32,000 bases of DNA, from the NCBI RefSeq assembly GCF_000260965.1, contig NC_017858.1, forward strand, positions 1 through 32,000, read 5' to 3'. Shown in pieces: positions 24,652 through 32,000 of the stretch. This DNA is from Methylophaga frappieri (GTDB taxonomy: Bacteria; Pseudomonadota; Gammaproteobacteria; Nitrosococcales; Methylophagaceae). The notes under the pieces are model-generated. The model was not told where the DNA came from. It did not search any database and saw only the letters and a list, made by a program, of their open reading frames with translations. Position 1 is the first letter of the stretch; the number at the start of each line of letters is the position of its first letter. A program made the translations under genes and the position numbers.

Positions 24652-26210
24652 CCCGGATTTCTCATGACGGGATAAAAGAAAGCGGCTGAAAGTGCTATGA
24701 TTTCAAGAGTCTAACCAATCCACCAAGCACCAACAGCCGCTTCCAAAATGGTACCTGAAAAACTGACCTTCTCGCCACTCTCTCGCCGTCAAATTGAAGC
24801 CGATTTCTCCGGTGGTCACATCACCTCCGATGCCGGACTGCTTTTGCTTCGGGAAGTCGACAATCAACACCAGCTCACTCAGCGCCTGGCTACGGTGCTG
24901 GACGATGCCCGTAATCCCGTGCTGGTTCGCCACAAGCTTCAAACCATGGTCCGGCAGCGGGTCTTTGGCGTGGCTGCCGGGTACGAAGACCTCAACGATC
25001 ACGAGGCGCTACGCGCTGATCAGGCACTTCAGACCGCGATTGGCGAAGAGGCCATTCTGGCGGGAAAATCAACACTGTGCCGAATGGAGCAGCGCGTGGA
25101 CCGGCAGTCCGTGGTCAAGGCCCACGAACTGCTGTGGCATCACTTCATTGAACAGCACGAGACTCCACCCAAGGAAATTGTGCTGGACTTCGATGGCACT
25201 GATATTCCAGTGCATGGCGACCAGCCCGGCAAGTTCTTTAACGCCTACTACGATCACCATTGTTTCTTCCCGCTGTACGTGTTCTGCGGCCGTCACCTGT
25301 TGGTGAGCTACCTGCGCACCAGCAATCGAAGCGACAGCCGCCACAGCTGGGCCATTCTGGCCCTGCTGGTGAAGTTCATCCGGCAGTACTGGCCGGATAC
25401 CCGCATCGTGTTCCGGGGTGACAGCGGCTTCTATCGCCCCCGATTGCTGAGCTGGTGCGACCGGAATAACGTGGATTACCTTGTGGGCATCAGCAAAAAC
25501 AGCCGGCTGCTCAAGGAGGTGGACGTACCCTCGATGCTGGTTCGCAGGGCTCACGGGGAGTTGGGAGAAAAAGTCTCTGCCACCTACCGGTTCCAGTACC
25601 AGGCCCGAACCTGGAAACACCCCCGCTGGGTGATCGCGCGTCTGGAGGAGGGCGAACTGGGTGCCAACCCCAGGTTCATTATCAGCTCCCGTTACGACGA
25701 CGGCGTTAAACTCTACTACGAGCAATACTGTGCCCGGGGTGACATGGAAAACCGGATCAAGGATCAGCAGTTGTGTCTGTTCGCAGATCGCACCTCCAGC
25801 ACGCGGTGGTGGACCAATCAGTGGCGGCTGCTTCTGTCGGGCTTTGCCTACACGTTGTTCGAGCGATTACGCGCTCACCTGAAGAAAACGCCCTTCGAGC
25901 GCATGAGCGCCAGTAACCTGCGGCTGAAGCTGATCAAGGTGGGCGCGGTCATCATTCGCAACACTCGGCGCATACGGGTGTTGATGAGCGATGCCTATCC
26001 TTACAAAGACGAACTCTCTGACCTGGTACGCCGTCTGGTTCCGGGATAGAAGCCCGGGCTCCCCCGGCCCGACTCAATGGGGGAAAGGGGGCCGTGTGTC
26101 CGGACAACAGAAATTGATCAGTTATTAATCAATCGCGGCCGCAAATGAGCGGTAATGGCGGTAACCTGCACAGTCTGCGAGACTTGCCGGGGACCTATGA
26201 GAAATCCGGG
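24652..26210 (+). mobile_element. IS1380-family insertion sequence (about 1.56 kb)
   Basis: Terminal inverted repeats CCCGGATTTCTCAT (24652-24665) and ATGAGAAATCCGGG (26197-26210), flanked by CTAG at 24648-24651 and 26211-26214 as a 4-bp target duplication. A single DDE transposase ORF lies inside. Confidence 0.85.
24748..26049 (+). CDS. IS1380-family DDE transposase
   Basis: 433 aa. Motifs LDFDGTDIPVHGDQPGKFFNAYYDHHCFFPLYVF and FRGDSGFYRPRLLSWC are typical of the IS1380 / DDE_Tnp_1 group. Confidence 0.85.
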   Translation: MVPEKLTFSPLSRRQIEADFSGGHITSDAGLLLLREVDNQHQLTQRLATVLDDARNPVLVRHKLQTMVRQRVFGVAAGYEDLNDHEALRADQALQTAIGEEAILAGKSTLCRMEQRVDRQSVVKAHELLWHHFIEQHETPPKEIVLDFDGTDIPVHGDQPGKFFNAYYDHHCFFPLYVFCGRHLLVSYLRTSNRSDSRHSWAILALLVKFIRQYWPDTRIVFRGDSGFYRPRLLSWCDRNNVDYLVGISKNSRLLKEVDVPSMLVRRAHGELGEKVSATYRFQYQARTWKHPRWVIARLEEGELGANPRFIISSRYDDGVKLYYEQYCARGDMENRIKDQQLCLFADRTSSTRWWTNQWRLLLSGFAYTLFERLRAHLKKTPFERMSASNLRLKLIKVGAVIIRNTRRIRVLMSDAYPYKDELSDLVRRLVPG

Positions 26211-26309
26211 CTAGGAAACTCTACCTTGCGAAAAGGAAATATGGACAAAGTAATGAAGTTATTTAGGCATTACCGCGTCACATTCAATTCCGATGGCACA
26301 TTTGAATAA

Positions 26310-26330
26310 AGCCCCAAGCGGGGCTTTTTT
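26310..26330. terminator. Bidirectional terminator between the HTH gene and the resolvase gene
   Basis: AGCCCC-AAGC-GGGGCT flanked by A and T runs. Confidence 0.7.
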
Positions 26331-26952
26331 ATTGGCCTTTTTCTTTTTGGTGCTTGGCCCAAACAAGTTTAACCTGACTTTCACTACAACCGGCCAGCCG
26401 TGCAGTTTCAGCAATCGTATGGTTAGGCCGCAGCTTAACGATAAGCTCATGTGTTTTGTGGTCAGCCTTTCGCCCCCGGTACTTGCCTTTTTTCTTCGCC
26501 TGACTGATACCCTGTCGCTGGCGTTCCCTACGGTCCTCGTAATCATCGCGGGCCATCTGCAAGGACAGCTTCAAAAGCAGCTCCTGGACGGCCTCCAGGA
26601 CGATCCTGGACACACCTTCGGCCCCAGCAACAAGGTCGGTCAAATCGACAACGCCAGGCACGGCCAACATGGCCCCTTTACCCTGTATCGTAGCAATCAG
26701 GCGCTCCGCTTCCGGCAGCGGTAAGCGGCTGATACGGTCTATTTTCTCCGCAATCACCACGTCCCCAGGCTGCAAGTCCTCGATCATGCGCAGCAGCTCG
26801 GGGCGATCTGCTCGCGCTCCTGACGCCTTCTCTCGATACACTCCGGCCACGTAGTAACCGGCAGCCCTGGCGTCCAGAATAATTTCCTCCTGGCGTTCCA
26901 GGTCTTGCGAGTCGCTACTAACTCGCAAGTAAATCCGGGCATTCTGTGTCAT
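26329..26952 (-). CDS. parA: Serine recombinase / multimer resolvase (IncP ParA-type)
   Basis: N-terminal catalytic motif ARIYLRVSSDSQD, the conserved GDVVIAEKIDRISR and a C-terminal HTH (HTIAETARLAGCSESQV). Confidence 0.9.
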   Translation of the reverse strand: MTQNARIYLRVSSDSQDLERQEEIILDARAAGYYVAGVYREKASGARADRPELLRMIEDLQPGDVVIAEKIDRISRLPLPEAERLIATIQGKGAMLAVPGVVDLTDLVAGAEGVSRIVLEAVQELLLKLSLQMARDDYEDRRERQRQGISQAKKKGKYRGRKADHKTHELIVKLRPNHTIAETARLAGCSESQVKLVWAKHQKEKGQ

Positions 26953-27224
26953 TTTTCAGACTCTTCATTGTTCCTCCTGGTTTGCTTTGCTTTTTTCTGC
27001 TTCTGAAAAGCGAAGGGCACACAGCTTGCCGTAACCAAGAGAACACCAATACCCCCCAGTAATTGACTGAATGTGTATCTCACGCCGAAGAAGGTGACAG
27101 CAGTTGCACCCACTGCGAACAGAATCGTTGGAATGAGAAAAGCCAAACGGGAGGCGAAAGTATTTAGCGGGCCGTCAGTCAACAGCCCCTCTACCTGGTG
27201 CTTCTTCAAAAAGTAGTCGCTCAT
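26949..27224 (-). CDS. Hypothetical 91-aa two-TM membrane protein
   Basis: Two hydrophobic helices and a basic tail. ATGA overlaps link it to both the upstream ORF and the resolvase gene. Confidence 0.55.
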   Translation of the reverse strand: MSDYFLKKHQVEGLLTDGPLNTFASRLAFLIPTILFAVGATAVTFFGVRYTFSQLLGGIGVLLVTASCVPFAFQKQKKAKQTRRNNEESEK

Positions 27225-27469
27225 GGCTTATCACCTTCCTTATTGTCTGACCAGTTGTAATTTCCGTTATCGTCCAGAACATTCCTTATAGCTTCTTTCA
27301 GTTGCGACAAGTGCTCAATAGCTACCTGTAATTCGGCAATTGCCCGGTCGTCCAGGACCTCCCATCGCTCCCACATGATTTGCGCAGCCCGCGCAACTTC
27401 ATATCGACCATCTATATAGTCAGTCCCTGACTCCAAGATTTTTTCAACACTAGGCACATAGTAATCCAT
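27221..27469 (-). CDS. Hypothetical 82-aa acidic protein, first gene of the resolvase operon
   Basis: The ATG at 27469 follows GGAGAGGG. The track ORF begins at an upstream TTG. Confidence 0.55.
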   Translation of the reverse strand: MDYYVPSVEKILESGTDYIDGRYEVARAAQIMWERWEVLDDRAIAELQVAIEHLSQLKEAIRNVLDDNGNYNWSDNKEGDKP

Positions 27470-27515
27470 TTCCCTCTCCCCTATAGTGGCCAATTTGGGT
27501 ATACTCTATTTGACT

Positions 27516-27543
27516 ATTATAAAAGAACCGGCCAAAATATCAA
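27516..27543 (-). promoter_or_regulatory. Promoter of the resolvase operon
   Basis: Minus strand reads TTGATA (27543-27538), a 16-nt spacer, then TATAAT (27521-27516). It is flanked by AAATAGAGT direct repeats (plus-strand ACTCTATTT at 27503 and 27551). Confidence 0.6.
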
Positions 27544-27556
27544 CAAAGCAACTCTA

Positions 27557-27590
27557 TTTAGCTAGTATTTTTTAGCCAAGTCAATTTAGC
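27557..27590 (+). repeat. Three TTTAGC half-sites in 14-bp phase
   Basis: TTTAGC at 27557, 27571 and 27585; this is the half-site of the OA/OB operators. Confidence 0.5.
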
Positions 27591-27606
27591 CACCAAAGGG
27601 GGCAGC

Positions 27607-28470
27607 GTGGAAGAAACGAACAAGAAAGAGGTTGAAGCGGCCCGCGCCGATGCCATCGAAAAGGATCAATGCTTTTCAAAAGGCCGCCTTCGGGATGAAT
27701 TTAGGATGAAGCCTAAACCCGAAGCCGAACCTGTAGCGTTCTACAAGAACGGTTACGGCGGCAAATTCGGGGTTTACAAGATATCCGATTGTGTACCCAT
27801 GAAAGCCCGTAGCACCAAGCCGCCGAGCGAGAAGCAAAAGCGTGCCAGGGCGATTTTGGCCGTCAAGGCGAAGCTGAAAAGCAATGAAGCGAAAACGTCC
27901 TGCAGGGCGGTCCAATGGCTTGATGAAAACCCGATTTTCCTAGACACCGAGACAACGGGCCTCGATGACAAAGCGCAGATTCTGGAGCTGGCTATCAGCG
28001 ACGCCCAGGGGAGTATTTTGCTAAAAACGAGACTGCGGCCAACGGTGCCGATAGATCGAGAAGCCGAGGACATACACGGCATAACAGCCGAGTCTCTAGC
28101 GAACTCGCCAACCTGGCCGGAAGTGTCAGCCCAAGTGCGAAAAATCCTCTGTGGCCGCTCTCTGGTAATCTTCAATGCAGACTTTGATACCCGCATGTTA
28201 CGCCAAACTTCGGCGGCGTTTGGTGAGCCGGTCGAATGGGTCAGCGAACTTAAAACGCATTGCGCGATGTACCTGGCTGCCGATGCGTTTGGCCCAACAA
28301 ACCGGCACGGCTCGATCTCTTTGGCCGATGCGGTGCATTTTGCAGGGGTGACTTGGCGGGGGGTTGCTCATGGGGCTGTTGCGGACACCCTAGCCACTGT
28401 TGACCTGGTGCAAGCGATAGCCAGCATCAGGCGCAACCTGGAAACCGAGCTGGCCGATCTGGAAGAATGA
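27607..28470 (+). CDS. DEDDh 3'-5' exonuclease (DnaQ/epsilon-like) with a unique ~105-aa N-terminal extension
   Basis: ExoI FLDTETTGL (27943-27960 encodes DTETTG), ExoII VIFNADFDTRML and ExoIII HGAVADTLATVDL. The GTG start follows AAGGGGG. Confidence 0.8.
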   Translation: MEETNKKEVEAARADAIEKDQCFSKGRLRDEFRMKPKPEAEPVAFYKNGYGGKFGVYKISDCVPMKARSTKPPSEKQKRARAILAVKAKLKSNEAKTSCRAVQWLDENPIFLDTETTGLDDKAQILELAISDAQGSILLKTRLRPTVPIDREAEDIHGITAESLANSPTWPEVSAQVRKILCGRSLVIFNADFDTRMLRQTSAAFGEPVEWVSELKTHCAMYLAADAFGPTNRHGSISLADAVHFAGVTWRGVAHGAVADTLATVDLVQAIASIRRNLETELADLEE

Positions 28471-28497
28471 AAAAGCCCCGCAAATGCGGGGCCTTTT
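28471..28497. terminator. Bidirectional terminator between the exonuclease gene and traC
   Basis: GCCCCGCA-AA-TGCGGGGC flanked by AAAA and TTTT. Confidence 0.75.
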
Positions 28498-28513
28498 GTC
28501 ACGTTTACCTCTC

Positions 28514-31500
28514 TTAATATCCAATACGGGCCGACCGTTTTTGTTTGTGAACCTGTTGTTCTACCTGCTTCTGCTCGCGTTTGCGCTCCGCTTCCTGGAC
28601 AGCTTTGCCAACCGTAGCCCTCACCTGGCGTTCAACCCCTTCACGGCCAAGGCTGCTCTTGGTAGCCAGGTCGTTGAAGTCGGTGTGCTTCTTCATGTGA
28701 TCCAGGGCGGCCAACTGCTCCTTGCTGAGCAAGGCTTTCTGTAGGTCTGCCTTGCGCTCTTCGGGTGCCGTCTCCAGGGCCTTAGAGGCCCGCAAGTGTT
28801 CCCGGTAGCTTTGGGGAGTGATCGGGGCAACGCCAGCCGGATACTCTGCTTCTCCTGGAGCAAACACCGGGAAGGCAGCTTTGCCGCCGACTGCCTTGGC
28901 CGCTTCCTGTGCTTTGGTCTTGCCTGGATTCGTTCCTTGGGTCAACTCCTGGTGCCGATCATCGTCACCAAGGACCACAACGGGCTTATCAGGGAACTTG
29001 TCATGCAGGGCCTTCGCTACGTTGGGCAGGTTGCCGGAATCGAACGCGGCCACGGTGGCAAACCCCAACGCCTCGGCATTGGTCGCCGCGGTCGCATAAC
29101 CTTCCTGGAGAACCAGGGCCGGGGCCGCCTCCAGGGCCTTCATGTCACCACCAACGATGTGAAAGCAACCTTCCTTGCGTGAATCCTTGGCGAAACGCTT
29201 GGTTCCGTCCTCCTGGATGTACTGCATGGTCCACTGCTTGCCATTCTCGTCATGCGCGGGAATGTAGGTCTTTTTGCCTTCGGCATCGGTTAGAACGCCA
29301 GGATGGGGCTGGATGCCCTTATTTTGCATGTACGGCGTCTGTTCGGTGGCAGGCACCAGGTTGGCCGTCTGCTTGCTGACGCGCTCCGCCGTGGCTTGTT
29401 GGGCCTGCTCCAGCTCTGCGGCTCGGGCTGCCAGCTTCTCGGCTGCTTCGGCTTGGAGCTTGGCTTTCTCTGCTGGATCGAGCGAATACCCCTTAGACTT
29501 CCATTTCATATCAACGCCGGTACGGTTGTTGGAAATGTAACCGGCAGGGTGGCCGTCGAGGTGGCCGACATAGAAGCCAGCTCGCTCGCCCTTTTTATCG
29601 CCTTCGACAGATACGCGGTGCTTTTTCCCGTCCATGATTGGATGCTCACCGCTGACAACGCAGCCCAAGGACTTCATGGCTTCCGCAAACTCTTCACGGG
29701 GGGACATGGCCGGGCCTTGCTGGCTCTTGACGTTATCGGGCATCCAGCGGCTTAGACGCTCCATGTCGCCTTGAGGTCCGACATACCAGGACTTGGCCGC
29801 CTTATCCCATTTCGCACCGGCAGCCTTCGCAGCGCCGCGCTCACCATACGGCACAGCCAGGTACTGCTTTTGCTGGCCTGCGGTTTGAGTTTGGCCTTGG
29901 TCCTGCTGCTGACGCTGTTGCCCCGGTGCCTCCTGTGCTGCCCCCTGGGACCATTTGGCAAAGGGTGCAGTGTCTACGCCAGGCGGAACAAACCAGGACT
30001 GTTGTTGACGATCCCAGCGCGCTCCAAGGCCCTTTGCTTCGTCCTTCTCTCGGTATGGGACATTGATATAGGTTCGTTCCTGCTTCTCTGGCTCTCCCTG
30101 GGCCTGCTGGCTGTCTTTTGTCTGCCGGGCCTGCTGCCGTTCGTGCTCGGCAATACGGCGCTGCATGTCGCTGTCATTGAGCGTGGCCGTTGCCTCTGCG
30201 GTCTTGCGGGCTTCTTTTGCCGCTGAAATGTCGTCGTCCGTGCTGTTCGGGTCCAGGCGCACGCGAACTTCGTTCACCCTGGACAGCTTGGCCGCCTGTT
30301 CGTGTTCGTTGGTTTCGGATAGTGCATCAACCAGCCCTAGCAGGTTCGCCAGCTCGTCGGCTTGGTTGTGGCTATTGAGATCCGCAACCCACTGGTGCAT
30401 CCCGTTTTCATGCTGAGCGTAAACGCCCCAAAACTCCGGTTCACGGCCAACCGCGTGCGCGGGTTCAACGAACTGTTCCCCGCCGTCCTCGATGACTACG
30501 TTACCTTGAACCTGAACGGCTCCGTTCCAGTCTGCCGGTAAGTCAAAGCCGAGCACTTGCCGCGCCGTTTCTTCAAATGCCTGGGCGTCCATTTCTCCGG
30601 CAGCCAAGCGGCGGCGTTCGTTGGCAACTTGGACGATTGCCTGGGAATCTTCTTGTGATAGCGCGGAAAGCAATTGATCGCGCATCTGTTGGTTGTTGTT
30701 GGGTAATTGCATCCCGGCCTCCTGTGTTTGCTCCGGGGCGGCCTCCAGCTTCTGCGTTTGGGCCTGGTCTTGCTCCTGGACTAGCTTTTGTTCAAATGCC
30801 AGAACGTAGTTCGACATTTTCTCTGCATCGGACGTTGCCCGGAAAATCTCCAGTGGGTCATCCTGGAGCGCCTTAATCCAGGAACCCACATAAGCGGCGT
30901 GCTGCTCTGGATCGTGACCAATCCCCAGCTCGTCACCCATGATCAGGCTGAAACACTCAGCCTTTAGCTCTTCCTTGGCGTACCCTTCCGATCCGAAAGG
31001 ATGGGCCATATCTCGGTCAAGCCGTGAGCTGTGGCCGGTCCAGTGCCCCAGCTCATGCAGTGCAGTCGCATAGTAGTTATCTGCGGTCGGGAACTGCTCT
31101 TTATCGGGCAGGTGAATGCTGTCGGTCGCAGGACGATAGAAAGCCCGGTCATGCTCGCCGTGGCGAATATCAGCACCGGACGCCTTCAAGATATGTTCCG
31201 CTCTCTCTACTGCATCCCAAGCCAGCGTTTTCTCTTTCTGCTCCAGCGGTGGCATTCCGTCGATTTGCTCGCCGTTGAAAACGGTGGCAAAGAACACGCG
31301 GGGGCGCTCCAGCATGACGGTTTCTTTTACCGGCTTGCCTTGTCCATCCAGGACAGGCTTGCCGTTGTCATCGAGCTTGTTCTGTTCCTCGGAAAACTTC
31401 CAATATTGAACCGGCGTCCCCTTCTCGCCTTTGCGAACCTGGGCACCGGCTGCCTTGGCCTGCTTGTAGGTCATCCAGCGATTATCACCGCGCCCCTGGG

Positions 31501-31675
31501 CCATAAGGTGAATGGCGTTGACGCCTTTGTAACGCTTGCCCGTTGTCGGGTTCATCGGCATGAAACCCTGGGAACCTGGTTCCCAAGGTTTTTGCCAAGG
31601 TGCGGTGCCTGCTTTTAGCTGTTCAATCAGGTTTTCCGCTACTGTTTCGTGAAACGGTTTTTTGTTGGCAGCCAT
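28514..31675 (-). CDS. traC: TraC DNA primase (ArdC-like N-domain, duplicated central motif, Toprim C-domain)
   Basis: 1053 aa. The N-terminus resembles ArdC, with the zincin motif ALHELGHWTGH. There are two copies of a Y(I/L)xVPYxE(K/R)xxAKxxGAxWD motif, plus a Toprim region VLQEGYATA...VVVLGDDD. Size matches RP4 TraC1. Confidence 0.9.
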   Translation of the reverse strand: MAANKKPFHETVAENLIEQLKAGTAPWQKPWEPGSQGFMPMNPTTGKRYKGVNAIHLMAQGRGDNRWMTYKQAKAAGAQVRKGEKGTPVQYWKFSEEQNKLDDNGKPVLDGQGKPVKETVMLERPRVFFATVFNGEQIDGMPPLEQKEKTLAWDAVERAEHILKASGADIRHGEHDRAFYRPATDSIHLPDKEQFPTADNYYATALHELGHWTGHSSRLDRDMAHPFGSEGYAKEELKAECFSLIMGDELGIGHDPEQHAAYVGSWIKALQDDPLEIFRATSDAEKMSNYVLAFEQKLVQEQDQAQTQKLEAAPEQTQEAGMQLPNNNQQMRDQLLSALSQEDSQAIVQVANERRRLAAGEMDAQAFEETARQVLGFDLPADWNGAVQVQGNVVIEDGGEQFVEPAHAVGREPEFWGVYAQHENGMHQWVADLNSHNQADELANLLGLVDALSETNEHEQAAKLSRVNEVRVRLDPNSTDDDISAAKEARKTAEATATLNDSDMQRRIAEHERQQARQTKDSQQAQGEPEKQERTYINVPYREKDEAKGLGARWDRQQQSWFVPPGVDTAPFAKWSQGAAQEAPGQQRQQQDQGQTQTAGQQKQYLAVPYGERGAAKAAGAKWDKAAKSWYVGPQGDMERLSRWMPDNVKSQQGPAMSPREEFAEAMKSLGCVVSGEHPIMDGKKHRVSVEGDKKGERAGFYVGHLDGHPAGYISNNRTGVDMKWKSKGYSLDPAEKAKLQAEAAEKLAARAAELEQAQQATAERVSKQTANLVPATEQTPYMQNKGIQPHPGVLTDAEGKKTYIPAHDENGKQWTMQYIQEDGTKRFAKDSRKEGCFHIVGGDMKALEAAPALVLQEGYATAATNAEALGFATVAAFDSGNLPNVAKALHDKFPDKPVVVLGDDDRHQELTQGTNPGKTKAQEAAKAVGGKAAFPVFAPGEAEYPAGVAPITPQSYREHLRASKALETAPEERKADLQKALLSKEQLAALDHMKKHTDFNDLATKSSLGREGVERQVRATVGKAVQEAERKREQKQVEQQVHKQKRSARIGY

Positions 31676-31678
31676 CGG

Positions 31679-31921
31679 TTAGCCCTCCTTGTCATCCCCT
31701 GGCACTGTTGCATCCACAAGGTCCGCGTCACTTTCGGCGGCGTCCTCTTCTGACAGTGCATCTTCAACAAAAGCCCCTACGGTTTCCGCCTCGTCCGGGT
31801 CGAACTCGGTTTGATAGCCAGGGGTCATTGCGTCATCCAGCTTTTCGCGCAAGGCTTCGGCTGCGTTCGCCTGGTCGTCAAAGGTGCTTTGTTCCAGGTT
31901 GTCATTGGTTTGGGTAGTCAT
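31679..31921 (-). CDS. traD: Small acidic protein in the traD position
   Basis: 80-aa ORF immediately upstream of traC, with AAGGAG upstream of its ATG. The name is assigned by position only. Confidence 0.5.
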   Translation of the reverse strand: MTTQTNDNLEQSTFDDQANAAEALREKLDDAMTPGYQTEFDPDEAETVGAFVEDALSEEDAAESDADLVDATVPGDDKEG

Positions 31922-31926
31922 GGGTA

Positions 31927-32000
31927 TTACTCCTTGTCGGTATTGTTGCGTCCCTTGCTGTAGTTGGGACGGCCTTTAACATCGGGATAGGTCTGCTTGC
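31927..32000 (-). CDS. 3' end of the upstream gene (traE position), truncated by the window edge
   Basis: Open minus-strand frame ...[23 protein letters not shown] stops at 31927-31929, overlapping the SD of the next gene. Confidence 0.4.
   Translation of the reverse strand, partial: KQTYPDVKGRPNYSKGRNNTDKE

Larger units (their letters stand above)
24363..26309 (+). pseudogene. Dual-HTH (XRE-like) regulator gene interrupted by an IS
   Basis: Removing 24652-26214 joins ...KTAIREFEL to GNSTLRKGNMDKVMKLFRHYRVTFNSDGTFE*, giving a 127-aa ORF that ends exactly at the terminator at 26310. Confidence 0.8.

Noticed and set aside
24648-26214. Alternative reading of the IS ends as 18-bp perfect inverted repeats (CTAGCCCGGATTTCTCAT) with no target duplication.
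   Set aside because: Excision under that model gives a prematurely terminated ORF. The 14-bp IR plus CTAG duplication model restores a full-length HTH protein that ends at the terminator.

Overview
This window is a large part of an IncP-1-type (RK2/RP4-like) broad-host-range conjugative plasmid backbone. Sampled backbone lines run about 55-60% GC by eye. Gene order: korC-klcB-klcA plus two small upstream genes (minus strand, 58-2663), then an RK2-style oriV (about 3200-3978, with outlying iteron-like sites at 2345 and 2762). Next come trfA-ssb (minus strand, 4021-5544) and divergent trbA, followed by the mating-pair-formation operon trbB through trbP (6278-22039). After an OmpA-like lipoprotein gene lies a lower-GC accessory block (22497-26309). 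It holds an uncharacterised acidic protein, a membrane HExxH metalloprotease and a dual-HTH regulator gene that is cleanly split by an IS1380-family element. The window ends with a serine resolvase operon (minus strand), a DEDDh exonuclease gene, the primase traC, a small gene in the traD position, and the 3' end of the next upstream gene. Five exact KorB operators, two KorC operators and a KorA-operator-like palindrome are visible. The most unusual structure is in trbL (VirB6 homologue). Its first 60 codons are fused in frame to a 5'-truncated cysZ. They are followed by about 3.3 kb of AT-rich (about 35-40% GC) chromosomal-type DNA carrying a TonB-dependent receptor and a Bfd ferredoxin gene. 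trbL resumes near 18850 with its central part missing, and no mobility gene or terminal repeat explains the event. No rRNA, tRNA or CRISPR array was seen. All homology statements rest on reading the translated ORFs and on remembered family motifs; nothing was searched.
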